A stretch of 63,995 bases of DNA, the filler included, from Saprolegnia diclina VS20 (taxonomy: Eukaryota), in assembly GCF_000281045.1 (NCBI RefSeq). It is 5 parts of 2 records of this genome, joined end to end, with 100 filler letters (N's around TTAATTAATTAA, not from the genome) between each part and the next. Parts side by side here need not be neighbours in the genome. Positions count along the whole stretch, not along the records: positions 48,039 to 60,166 come from NW_008246087.1; positions 60,267 to 62,176 come from NW_008246087.1; positions 62,277 to 63,995 come from NW_008246090.1; 2 more parts are not named here. One strand, written 5' to 3'. Both the position numbers and the translations under genes were made by a program. The notes under the pieces are model-generated. The model was not told where the DNA came from. It saw only the letters and a list, made by a program, of their open reading frames with translations, and did not search any database. Positions 55,801-63,995 of the stretch are shown here, piece by piece (the first letter of the stretch is position 1; each line of letters begins with the position of its first letter).

Positions 55801-56567
55801 TGAGCATCTCGGCCTTCTCGACGCTGCCGTTGTACGTCTACACGGCCCGCGTCTTTACCGGGCTCGCGCGGCCGCTCATGTTGGCCAACTGCCTCGGCAC
55901 GGAGCTCCTCTTTGCATGCCTCTCGTTCTTTTACATTGAGAAGCTGACGCACAAGCTGCTGCTGCTCATCACGCTGACGCTCGTCGGCGTTGGCGCGGCG
56001 CTGCTCGGTGCGCACGACTTGTTTCAGATCTTTGGCGTCCAGGACCAGACTGCTCTCCAAGCGCTGCTCATCACGCTGTTTGCAGTCAAAGGCGCGGGCC
56101 TCCCGGCGACGCTGTGGGTCTCGGTCATTGGTCTCTTCCGCGTCCACGGCCGGTTCATTGCGGCGCCACTCTTCTTCGCGCTCTTCTTTGGCCTCCAAGC
56201 GGTCGCGACATACCTGCGGATCGACACGGCGACGACGCGCTCGCGTAGCTCCAAGGAAGCGTACTGGATGTTTGCGCTCGCGGGCTTGTGTGCGCTCAGT
56301 GTCCTCGGGACGGCCGGCCTCGCCCGCCGCGCGAACGGCCTTGTGTGCACCACGTCCGAGATGGAGTACGAGCTCAAGATGGCGGCGATGGCGGCCGAGA
56401 CGCCGCTGCGGTCGCACAACTCGAGCCGGAACCGCGGCTTTTCACGCCAGACGTCCAAGCGCATCACGGGCAACCGGACGCTGTCGCCGCGCAAGGCGAG
56501 CGGCACGCCGTACCTCCAGGCACAGAGCTTTGACGAACACGCGTCACCCCAGAAGAACGTCGTGTGA
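49830..56567 (+). CDS. Callose/1,3-beta-glucan synthase (GT48) fused to a C-terminal MFS sugar-transporter domain
   Basis: FGFQxxSVxNQREH, WGEAGNLRHMPE, WASYRGQTL, GEGKPENQN, IDMNQ, HYGHPD, INLSED, QCGKGRD, YQATGRGF. Then GRR, EISTKEMR and LPESPEW (sugar-porter motifs). Confidence 0.96.
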   Translation: MAHERAESNYFILSGNSQRSLGGGPYLRQESSFRDRLELLDVLGDNPNDPLGSQRGVNESGSEPFGVFDDEFSIDFCCDILKAKFGFQDGSVDNQREHALLLLANCKAQHRSHDSANHIAILHKKLVGNYVEWCAFLQIDPIWYAGAVNDRFKNRMHMELMLYLCIWGEAGNLRHMPECICYLYHQMMTTLNGDLNFSFLNPPMWYLESVVRPIWTQCAGMQKKDALGKHLEHTKVRNYDDLNEFFWKPACLAVPVDHAGEALSTHGKTYYEHRSIFTLVLNYYRIFHFNFMFLFALAVLQYCVTISPKGAESGFSQFSALGQVVAPYSTRDLKLALVFLVLAHAVLSALKCLLEAGHGWHLLFAATPSSSKSVTYGVALSLRLLWNSAFAGLFVRMMVEGASVSGPTPVLDLLLPLALGFLGPSLLLMLATILLPTPVLTQSFWAKFIREGDSCYTGRHMTPPWSYRSVYIAYWLVLWTLKAAVSYWILITPLMLPSLAIYNMQLTYTTSVVSMRNFGVIASLWAPVFFVFCYDTQIYFTIFQALYGAYKGVRMHTGEYHGFAEISKAFRLLPQLFDAKVVTKDAVLLDNAPTSDGHRKSMLMARFVVVWNEVINFFREGDLLDDKEAAIFQYDVAPLSGEIYEPVFLSAGKLEEAIDTVLKLHAKKKSAKASDADGELQVELLLHDCLPSIKSAFSAVYFVLDILLDESDVRIFEGLAEMERIAADGRFMATCNVQHLLHVRSALIAFLEAVLDLPPPAETSMASHTSKGHPMPLIQEFTHRFETLLQACEMLCRGVPDLAAKFTHSNFTAARNGHVLAAEGMVRLCNDDVALSNATRALLLLTLNPANAMPRCSEAKRRLGFFMKSLLMDIPQLASVREMKSFSVMTPFYAEGVLYSIKELQDPLENHAIFAAAEEAGKNLTILKYLITIHTAEWENFIERINVTSEEEAIAKHPLELRLWASYRGQTLARTVQGMMLYEDAIKMLYWLEIGSSPHKTGEMKQRMLDDMVILKFSYVCACQVYGKHKAEKKAQAADIDFLLQTYPNLRVAYVDTVTKDALNSYYAVLIKSENDRIVEVYRYELPGDPILGEGKPENQNNALPFTRGEYLQTIDMNQQHYFEECLKMPNLLVTADLHPSGKPVSIIGMREHIFTGNASSLSKFKSWQELVFVTLSQRVLADPLYVRMHYGHPDIFDKVMCLTRGGVSKASKGINLSEDVFAGFNATLRGGVVTHVEFMQCGKGRDVALSQISMFEGKLANGAGETCLAREAHRMGAFLDFFRLNSMYYSHTGFYFATWLTIVTAFVFIYCKVYLALTGVQAQIVLQMNSTAIIMRNSDKGFDTRAFNNLDNIINTQYYIQAGLFLTLPLMAVYFTEAGLRRGFLRFFNMMVTAGWAFFTFQVGTTMHYFDTNIVHGGAKYQATGRGFKITRETFVLLYKAYSASHYRKAMELIGLSIIYGVFGVFDICQKTPQSATNTFSQQFCTTAQGYGTQTFAIWFIAVLWLVSPFLFNTDGFDYEKTKADIAAWAHWMFMTEDDVDAKDKVNNGGWIGWWKDDEKQYIGTKTISRVTVVLRETRHFLLLWYVVTLRFAPVYLAGVLGAVVVTLALFQLGHTSGGLRARGHIRAVAYALLVTVAVVLYLLGTLVYPWSLGWQSSLSLLFGYLAALYGVNEMARVFAFPTMSIVNVGVFVQLAFFWDFVFGAIMLVPLVVLSVIPFMNIIQTRMMYNEGFSQVLSDSSQYAFSIAGVVGFVGAGACGWLYYVLTTLASSAGFLSYTSAFRIVLANGNNVTAYFVLGGAALGAGAAGLLGWYLGRRLTIVAGGFVSFVAMSMLTAVASFSGSATDLLLGGLALFGVSIGVLLPTIACYCYEISTKEMRARIMLLLSVGFVLGNLAASYFSYGTSIVWLWQAFWCFLVFACLTPAINLLPESPEWVLARHGEEACKACLVLLRRRQDVAAELDELQAKQVHKYSGTNGLFKAIMGALFVSISAFSTLPLYVYTARVFTGLARPLMLANCLGTELLFACLSFFYIEKLTHKLLLLITLTLVGVGAALLGAHDLFQIFGVQDQTALQALLITLFAVKGAGLPATLWVSVIGLFRVHGRFIAAPLFFALFFGLQAVATYLRIDTATTRSRSSKEAYWMFALAGLCALSVLGTAGLARRANGLVCTTSEMEYELKMAAMAAETPLRSHNSSRNRGFSRQTSKRITGNRTLSPRKASGTPYLQAQSFDEHASPQKNVV

Positions 56568-57047
56568 GCATCCGCGTCGTCTGTAGGGTTGTTGACATAA
56601 CTACATTTTGCATTATACCAATGTTGTTGAGGTGCGGGTTAGGGGACAGAGGCGCAAGCGGAGAGGCTCGATGGAGGTGGCATCGACCCCTTTGTCGGTG
56701 GTCCTCATGGAGCTCGCCGATATATGTGGTTTCGAATGTCAAAATGTCGGAAGAAGACGAAATGTGTTGTGGTGCATTGGACAAAGCAGTCGTAGCGATC
56801 TCGATCAGCCTCGTGCAGGTGCTTGTTAAATACGCATTAAATATGAATAAATACGCATTAAATATGAATAAAATAATGGAGCAGCGCAGGCGCAGTGTCC
56901 GCGGGCTGAAGACGGTTCATTGTGGCCTGCGTCGCGCTTGGTCACGTCCGACGCGCCTTCTGCACTTTTGCATGAGCCATCGGAGCGATAACGCACGATA
57001 CCCTACCCTTGCGCGGCGCCAGAACGTTTTTTGGGAGCGCCCCGACC

Positions 57048-60000
57048 CTAGTGGCCGAGACAAATGAGATCCAAGGCGTTGTAGTAGAGACGTACCTTGG
57101 GACTGTCGCGGCGCTTGCGCTTGGCGTCATAAAGCGTCTCGTGTTTGGTCTCTTGCTCGTCCGGGGCCTTCTTCTCTTCCTCGTTCGGGTCGGCCTTTTC
57201 TTCTTCGCGTTGCTCGAGCGTCGCACGGAGCGTCGCGTGCTGGTGGAAGACGCGGGCCTTGAGGTCGTCGTCCGCCTCGGTCTCGGCCCACACGGCCGCA
57301 AAACTCTTGGTGCCGGCGTCGACAAACGCGCACTTGTGCTTGGCGTGCGCCAACAGCTTGCGCCACGTCGCGTGGCCTTGGAGCGCCGAGGCATTGCCTA
57401 CAGTGTCCTGTCGCATCGTCGTCCAGAGACTATAAATGTACAGTTGATGAGGCAGAAGCGGCGGCTGCGCGATGTCATGACGTTCGTGCGGCGGTCGTCG
57501 GCGAGGAAGCCCATCTTGCCACTCGTGACGCACGACACGATGATAATGTCCTTCTCGCGGCCCTACATGGCACCTCAGTCCCGTGATCTTTTGTTGCGAG
57601 AGGTACTTGGAAGCCGTCGACTGACGACACCTCAATGCTGGCCCACGGCTTGGGGTCCATCATCGTAGTCGCCATCTTGGCGTCAATGGCGGCCACAAGC
57701 TTGCGCACTTGCGGCTTGTACGGCGTGATGATGCCGATGCTCCACTCGCCGCTCTGGACGCGCGGGTATGTCATCATGAGTTGCTCGATCTACAAAAATG
57801 GAATGTCAGCATGACGAGCGTCATGAACGACGGACCTGGTCGATGCAAAACGTAGCTTCGGCGTCGTTGTACTTGGACGTGCCGACGAGCTTCTCGACAC
57901 CGGCAATGTCGACGACTGTGAGCGGCTGGAACATCGGGTGCGCGTACATGGCCGGGTCTTGGGCCAGCACACGTCGCGCGATCGCCGGCGCGTCCGTCAA
58001 GCCACCGTCGTAGAACGCCTTGGTCGTGAATGCACTCATAAAGGGGTGCATGCGGTGTTGCTCCTACAGTCGTTGGGTGAGAATCAAATTTTGACCATTG
58101 GTAGTACGTACGTTGAGCATCGTCACGGGCAGATACCCTTCCAAGCGCTCCATGAGCGAGACGGCCAAGCCGTGCTCCTCTGCAGCCTTGCTGAGCACCG
58201 TCGGCGCGAGCTGCTTGGTGTCGCCAACGAAAAAGAACCGACCGGCCTGCGCGAGGAGCGCGAGAAGCGAGCTCGGCTCGGTGGCTTGGCCGCCCTCGTC
58301 GACAATGACCGCGTCAAAGCTACAGATGCAAATGAGTTTGCATCGGGTGAGAGCGAGAGGCGTACCCCGATTGCCGGAGCTTGATCGCCATGTCGGAACC
58401 CGCGCACGATGAATGCGTCGCAAAGACGATGTTGGCCTTGTCCGCAATGCGCGCCAAGAGCTCCGACTTGCTTCGGTCCTTCTCGACGTGGAGGTCCATG
58501 ACGCGCTTGTCGTTGGCGGGAAGCTGGCGGAGCGCGTCGTTGATCTCGGCCTTGTAGTGCTCGGCCGCCGTCGCGAGGCCAATGTCCCGCGCGCCATGTC
58601 GACTGCCCATCTTGACGGCCGTGAGCGCGGGCTGCGGCAGATCCTTCGGGCGCGGCAGTTGCGCTTGGACCTTTGCAGGGTGGCCGACGAGGTAGATGCC
58701 GACCGAGAAGACGCGCTCGATGATCTCATCGATCGCGGCGTTCGAATCCGAGGTCACGAGGACACTCGGGAGCCGGCCCTTGGACGGCGAGGCCTTGGAG
58801 AGGAGAGCTGAGAGCAGGGCGCAGATCGTCGTCGTCTTGCCAGTACCCGGCGGCCCCTTCCAAAGCGAGATACCGGTCTCGAGGTTGCCGAGGCCGCGAC
58901 GCAGCGCCTGGAACTGCGACGAGTTCATCACCGACGCGAGGAGCCCAGCCACCGAGCGGTCCACGTCATAGAGCAATGGCTAGAGCAGAAGGGAGTAAGT
59001 TTACGCAATGTGAAGACAAGAGATGTACCGTGAGGAGCAACTTGTAAAAGTTGTCGAGCGTGGCCGCCGCCATCGCAATATCTTCGGTCGGCGCCTTGGC
59101 CTTGTCGACGAGCTCGGCCACGACCTCGTGGATCTGGGTCACCTAGAAAGAATGACAATGAGACTTTGAGACGCAAATCAAGAAATATCGTACCTCGAGG
59201 CTTTCGACCGACAAATTCATCTTGACGAGGTCCGTCAAGAGCGTCAGCACGGCGTCTTCGTCGTCCGTGGGCATCTGTTGCATGAATGTGAGGTGAGTCA
59301 CGGCAAAGAAAGCATGGTACCTTCGTCTTCTTGACCGACTGCTTGCCCTTGCCCTTGGTCGGCGTCTTGGGCAACCCGGTCGACTTCTGCATAACGTCGC
59401 GCAGGGTTGTCGCAGCAGCCTTGAGCACCGAGACGGTCGCGGCGGCGCTCGACTGGTTGAGCACGACGTCGCGCAAGTGCTCGGGCAACTTGTCGACGGA
59501 GCCGACGCCGTCCAGCATCCGCAGCGTCGTCACCAGCGACGTGATCACCTTGGCTTCGATCGCCTTGGCCTTCGGGAGGTTAAGCGCCTTCTTGTCCGCC
59601 TGGAGGAGGACGATGTCGATCATGGGCCCGTACACGCGCTCGACGATGCCGATCGCATGTCGCGCGTTGTCGACCTAATCATTTGATGCGTATAGAGAGA
59701 GAAGTGGCAGTCGATTGACGCACTTTGAGGCGGACGACGTCGCCAGAAATGATCGAGTTCTTGCCGAGCGTCTTGAACGTCGCCACGTTGGGGTCCGAGA
59801 CGCCTTCGAACGAAGCTGCGAGTCCGGTGAAAGTAGCGGGCAACGTTTGTTTCCTACATTTCACAAAAAAGGTGAGTTTCTAATGCGATATCGAGAGGAA
59901 ACGTACCCAGAGGCGACCGCGGCTTGGGCTTCGGCGACGAGCAGCGCAGTAAAATGCTCCTTGTAGGCCTCCTTGGTCGACATCTTGGCCGAGAACGCGG

Positions 60001-60166
60001 GCGCGTCGGGCAAAAGCACTTGGACAAAAAACTGGCGCGTCGCAGCCGACGATTTCGGCGTCTTGAGCGTCTTGGGCGTCTTGGCATCGTCGAACGCCGT
60101 CTTCATGGCCTTGATCGGGTCGAGCTCCGCCATCGCCTTGAGACGCGCGCCGGCCTTCTTCTTCTT
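57048..60166 (-). CDS. SF1 Upf1/senataxin-like helicase, multi-exon, 5' end in gap
   Basis: KGPPGTGKT, SNAAIDE, IVDEGGQ, VGDTKQLAP, SLMERL, RMHP, NDAEA, IITPY, SVDGFQ-GREKD. 3' end approximate. Confidence 0.92.
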
Positions 60167-60266
60167 NNNNNNNNNNNNNNNNNNNNNNNNNNNNNNNNNN
60201 NNNNNNNNNNTTAATTAATTAANNNNNNNNNNNNNNNNNNNNNNNNNNNNNNNNNNNNNNNNNNNN

Positions 60267-60616
60267 CGACCATCAACGATCTCTCGGCCGGTGTCAACGC
60301 GCTCTCGTCCGACAAGTCGGAGCTCGCAGCGGCCAAAGCGAAGCTCCAGGAGGAGACGACAAACCTCCTGGCGCGCGTAGCCGCCTTGGAAACGGCGATG
60401 CAGACGCAGGAGACGAACGCCAAGTCCGACATGCAGGCGCTCGAGACGCGGGCGGTCACGGCCGAAGCCGCTCAAGAATCCAACGCGACGACGATCCGGG
60501 AGCTGCAAACCACTATCGAAGGACTCTCGACGAGCGCCCTCTTCAAGCGTACGCAAGAGCTCTCGAAACAAATCCGGGACCTCGAGACACAGCTGCACCG
60601 ACTTGGGTCTTACTAG
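60267..60616 (+). CDS. C-terminal fragment of a coiled-coil protein
   Basis: Open heptad-rich frame from the gap to the stop at 60616. Confidence 0.55.
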
Positions 60617-60798
60617 CGACTAACTCTCTCAACATTGCATATTTCATTCAAATCGTTGGCGTGTCTCATAGCCCTTGGATCTATGACAAGCGCTTTGCGC
60701 ATTAGTACGTGGTAATGTGCGCAAACGGCGGTCGCCAGTAGTTAGTCACATTTTGAGTTTCTACGTTGAGTTTGTGACTGGGCTACACTGCGGATCTC

Positions 60799-62118
60799 TC
60801 AAAAAACGGGCCAGCGCGGGTTGTCGGGGTCGTCGTCCTCTTCGTAGAGCATTATGAGCACGTCGTCGTCGCCGGACGCACTCGACTCGTCGTCGTCGGC
60901 CACCGACGTGCACTCGACGCGAAGATCCGTGCGGCAATGTGACCGCATGAAATCTGCAATGTCGTCAAAGCCCGCGTCCCGCGTTTCGGCGACGCCGGCC
61001 TCGGTACCGCCCTCAACACGGTGCTCGTGGAGCCACTGAACGACGTTCAGGAAGCCGTTCTTTGCGGCGTCGTCCATGGCCGCCGTCGAGCAGCCCTCGC
61101 GTCGGTGCACATGGAGGAAGCGGACGATCTCCAGATGACCGTTGGCCGCCGCGCCGTCCATTGCATGCGTCGAGCAGCCCTCGTTTCGATGTTGATGCAG
61201 CCACTGGACGGTCTCCAAATGCCCATTCGTGGCTGCGCTGTTCATGGCGCGGCGTGAGCAGCCTTCGTGGCGGTGCGTGTGCAGCCACTGCACGATCTCC
61301 AAGTGTCCGTGCGCGGCCGCCGAGTCCATTGCGCGGACCGAGCAGCCTTCATCACGGTACGTGTGCAGATAGCGCACTACGTCGAGGTGGCCGTTCCCGG
61401 CAGCTGCGTCCATGGCGGCCACCGAACAACCGACCGTCCGATGCTCGTCGAGGAAGCGGATGGTATCCAAGTGGCCGTTCGCCGCGGCGCCGTCGATCGC
61501 GCACACGCTTGGGCTGAGCGACGTGTGCGTATGCAGATGCCAGAGCACCTCAAGGTGGCCGTGTGTCGCGGCAGCGTCCATGGCTCGAAACGAGCCCGGC
61601 GCCGCGGCGAGGAGGCGCGTGAGCAGCCCCATGTGGCCGATCGTGGCCGCGTAGTCGACTGCCGCCGACGTGCCTTTAGTCCACGCAAGCAGCCACTCGA
61701 CGAGCTCCATATGCGCATACCGCGTCGCGCAGTCGACGGCCCGCGGCGTGAGATGCGTCGGGTGGCAGCGGAGCCATCGCTGCACGACGCGCAGGTTGCC
61801 TTCAAAGAGCGCCAAGTGCAGCGCGAGCGCGTTAAGGCGCGCAGGCTCCAAGCACAAGTCGTCGGAGCTCAGCGTGCGCGTCCGGTACGCGGCAAAGTAC
61901 CGTTCGGGCAAGATCAGCTGCAGCGTCGTGTCGGCTTGCCACGTGCAGCCGCGTCGTCGTATGCCCATGGCCTCGGCAGCAAGCGGCGCGAGGTCCTCAT
62001 AGATGCCATCTTGGTAGGCATGCACGAGCAGACGCAGCTCGGGGTTGAGCAGCACGGCCCGGCAAAGTGAAGCGTCGACCGTCGGCCGCGGCTTCTTGCG
62101 CCGGCGAAGGTCCGCCAT
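60799..62118 (-). CDS. Ankyrin-repeat protein (HRxEGCSxxAMDxAAxNGHL repeats)
   Basis: Six or more regular repeats of about 23 aa; N-terminal VLLNPELxxxVxAYQDG motif; acidic tail. Confidence 0.92.
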   Translation of the reverse strand: MADLRRRKKPRPTVDASLCRAVLLNPELRLLVHAYQDGIYEDLAPLAAEAMGIRRRGCTWQADTTLQLILPERYFAAYRTRTLSSDDLCLEPARLNALALHLALFEGNLRVVQRWLRCHPTHLTPRAVDCATRYAHMELVEWLLAWTKGTSAAVDYAATIGHMGLLTRLLAAAPGSFRAMDAAATHGHLEVLWHLHTHTSLSPSVCAIDGAAANGHLDTIRFLDEHRTVGCSVAAMDAAAGNGHLDVVRYLHTYRDEGCSVRAMDSAAAHGHLEIVQWLHTHRHEGCSRRAMNSAATNGHLETVQWLHQHRNEGCSTHAMDGAAANGHLEIVRFLHVHRREGCSTAAMDDAAKNGFLNVVQWLHEHRVEGGTEAGVAETRDAGFDDIADFMRSHCRTDLRVECTSVADDDESSASGDDDVLIMLYEEDDDPDNPRWPVF

Positions 62119-62276
62119 GCCACCTCTGCTGCGATTGGCCGAAAAGCAGCGAATCAGCGTCGCAAGAAATAGAAAGNNNNNNNNNNNNNNNNNNNNNNNN
62201 NNNNNNNNNNNNNNNNNNNNTTAATTAATTAANNNNNNNNNNNNNNNNNNNNNNNNNNNNNNNNNNNNNNNNNNNN

Positions 62277-63600
62277 TGTACGCTGCCTTCAAGTACTCGG
62301 CGTGGCCAAAGAGATGGCGCACCGAGAGACACGAGAGGTCATGCAGCATCGCGACCACGTGCTCGAGCTGCGCATGGCAGCGCTGCACCATCGCCAAAAT
62401 GGACGTGCCAAGCGTGAGCCAGCCGTAGACATCGTACACGCGCAGCATCTTCGTCACGATGCGGCCCGCGTCCTTCTGGGGCACAAAATGCTGGGCGAGA
62501 AAAGCGCACAAGGTCGTCTCGTGCGGGTTGGCCACCAAAATGCGCGCGAGCGACGAGTGCACCATCGGCGTGACGTGGATGCAGTGCATGATTCTGTCGA
62601 CGAGACGTGATACGTCGACTTCTCCGGTAAATTTGCCCGTGGCGCACGCTTGCAACTGGCGCTGGCCGCATTTGGTCGTCATAGCGTCCAGCACGCTGTT
62701 GATGCTCAAAAGACGCAGGCGCGCCTTGCGCGGCCACACGATGATAGAGGTTGGTGACGGCTGGGAGGTCTCGGATCCGAACCAGAGGCACACGATGCGG
62801 CCCTCAAGGCAGTCGAGCAGAATTCGCGGCAGAATCAGTCGCCCATGACAAGTGACGCGCGTCAGCGTGAAGCCGCCCGGGGTACCAAAGCCGGTGGCGT
62901 GCGCAACGTCAAATTGATGGGTGGCCAAAAGCACCTCGATAAGCTCGTTGTCCTCGACCGAGAAGCCCGCGCCTGCACGCACGTACATAATGCATGGATC
63001 GTCATCGACGTGGCCCTGCGCAAGCGCCTTGAACATTTTGATGGCGTCCTTGTTATCGATGGGCGCCGGTCGGGGCAGCGGCGCCATGAGGTAATAAATC
63101 AATGAGACGCAGCGTCCAAGACTCGGTGCGCCCGGCTTGACAAGGCCGTAGAACGCGCACCACTGCAAAGGGCGCGCAGCCCACTGCAGCGTCTTACCGA
63201 GCGAGTGGACTGTCCATCGCTGTGTCGCAGGCTCGGTACTGGCGAGAAGCACCACGAGCGTGCCAAAGCTGCCGGCGCGGCCCGCGAGCTTCTTCGTGAG
63301 TAGCGGCGCATGCGGCGCTGTGATGACGAGATGAGCGAGCGAGATACGAAAGCCGCCACTGGCGTGCGCCACGAGAGGAGCCACAGCGCGCTCGAGGTTG
63401 GCCTCCCATGTCGCGTCGACCTGGACGTTCCGGGCCTGGACAACGCCTGGTGCCATGCCGCCAGTGCTCGTCGGCGTCACGAGAACGCGGCGGCTGTTAA
63501 CCACGATGTTGGGCATGGAACACCATCCCGTTCGGTGGTACGCACTGCGCAGCCGCACGCGTCGGAGGGCCCGCTGGTAGTCGTCGTCGACCTCGACCAT
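62277..63600 (-). CDS. Hypothetical protein with degenerate 2OG-Fe(II) oxygenase-like domain, 3' end in gap
   Basis: SFGTLVVLL...TVH...CAFY...GR.VSLIYYL pattern, but no HxD...H ligands seen. Confidence 0.5.
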
Positions 63601-63873
63601 TCTGGTAACTCTCGCCGTTTCGGAAAGGCGAATGACCGCATTATCTAGTTCTTATCGTAATTACGGTCATATATACCGTATATTTGCGGTACAACACGTG
63701 GCAAACCTGCAGGATGGGTCCAATGACGTGGCCGGCTGTCATGGCCACAGTCACACACGTTCTGCTGCAATCATCTTCACATGCGATCTGTATGTGCTGA
63801 GAGGCGCCAAGGAGTGATGTGGTCCTCCACCCTTGTCATGCGCACTCTCCGTCAACTCTTCTACACCAACATT

Positions 63874-63979
63874 TGTCCCATCAGCAACCGGATGGGACAT
63901 TGTATTCCAAGCTGCATTGAGTGGGGTGCATCGGAATGGGACAAAGGTATCTCCCATCGATAACCGGATGGGACATTGG
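63874..63979. repeat. Repeated hairpin motif TCCCATC-N-AACCG-GATGGGACATTG, 76-bp spacing
   Basis: Copies at about 63876 and 63952, with an extra ATGGGACA between them. Confidence 0.6.
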
Positions 63980-63995
63980 AATTGCCAGCTTGATA

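Noticed and set aside
56827..56872. 21-bp tandem duplication (and a 17-bp one at about 16002-16035)
   Set aside because: Simple slippage duplications in intergenic or intronic DNA.

Overview
Eukaryotic, GC-rich genomic DNA with short (about 40-55 nt) GT-AG introns and oomycete-type Inr/FPR core promoters. The gene families present ('EGCSxxAMDxAA' ankyrins, large 'NGAVYLE' membrane proteins, a disintegrin-like protein, a GT48-MFS fusion) point to a Saprolegniaceae water mould; this is an inference. Six 100-bp assembly gaps break the window, four of them containing a TTAATTAATTAA linker, so adjacency across gaps is unproven. Protein genes: ABCC transporter, a spliced dCMP deaminase with an N-terminal Myb-like domain and zinc finger, two msrA, glutathionyl-hydroquinone reductase, RRN7/TAF1B-like, RMDN-like, callose synthase-sugar transporter fusion, Upf1/senataxin-like helicase, ankyrin proteins, a tandem ANK-pseudokinase-ANK-kinase gene and a kinase pseudogene. 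Two tRNAs: Met-CAT and an unusual Val-GAC. Mobile DNA: (i) an apparently intact Chronos-like Ty3/gypsy element with a tRNA-Ala PBS containing the first in-frame gag ATG, a GGAUUUU plus pseudoknot -1 frameshift signal, dual RNase H, a chromodomain, and an extra antisense coiled-coil/zinc-finger ORF; (ii) a 1.2-kb TIR element with an 8-bp TSD carrying a Ulp1 protease fragment; (iii) two head-to-head MULE-like zinc-finger genes; (iv) an RTE-like LINE 3' end. All calls are from manual reading, with no database searches.
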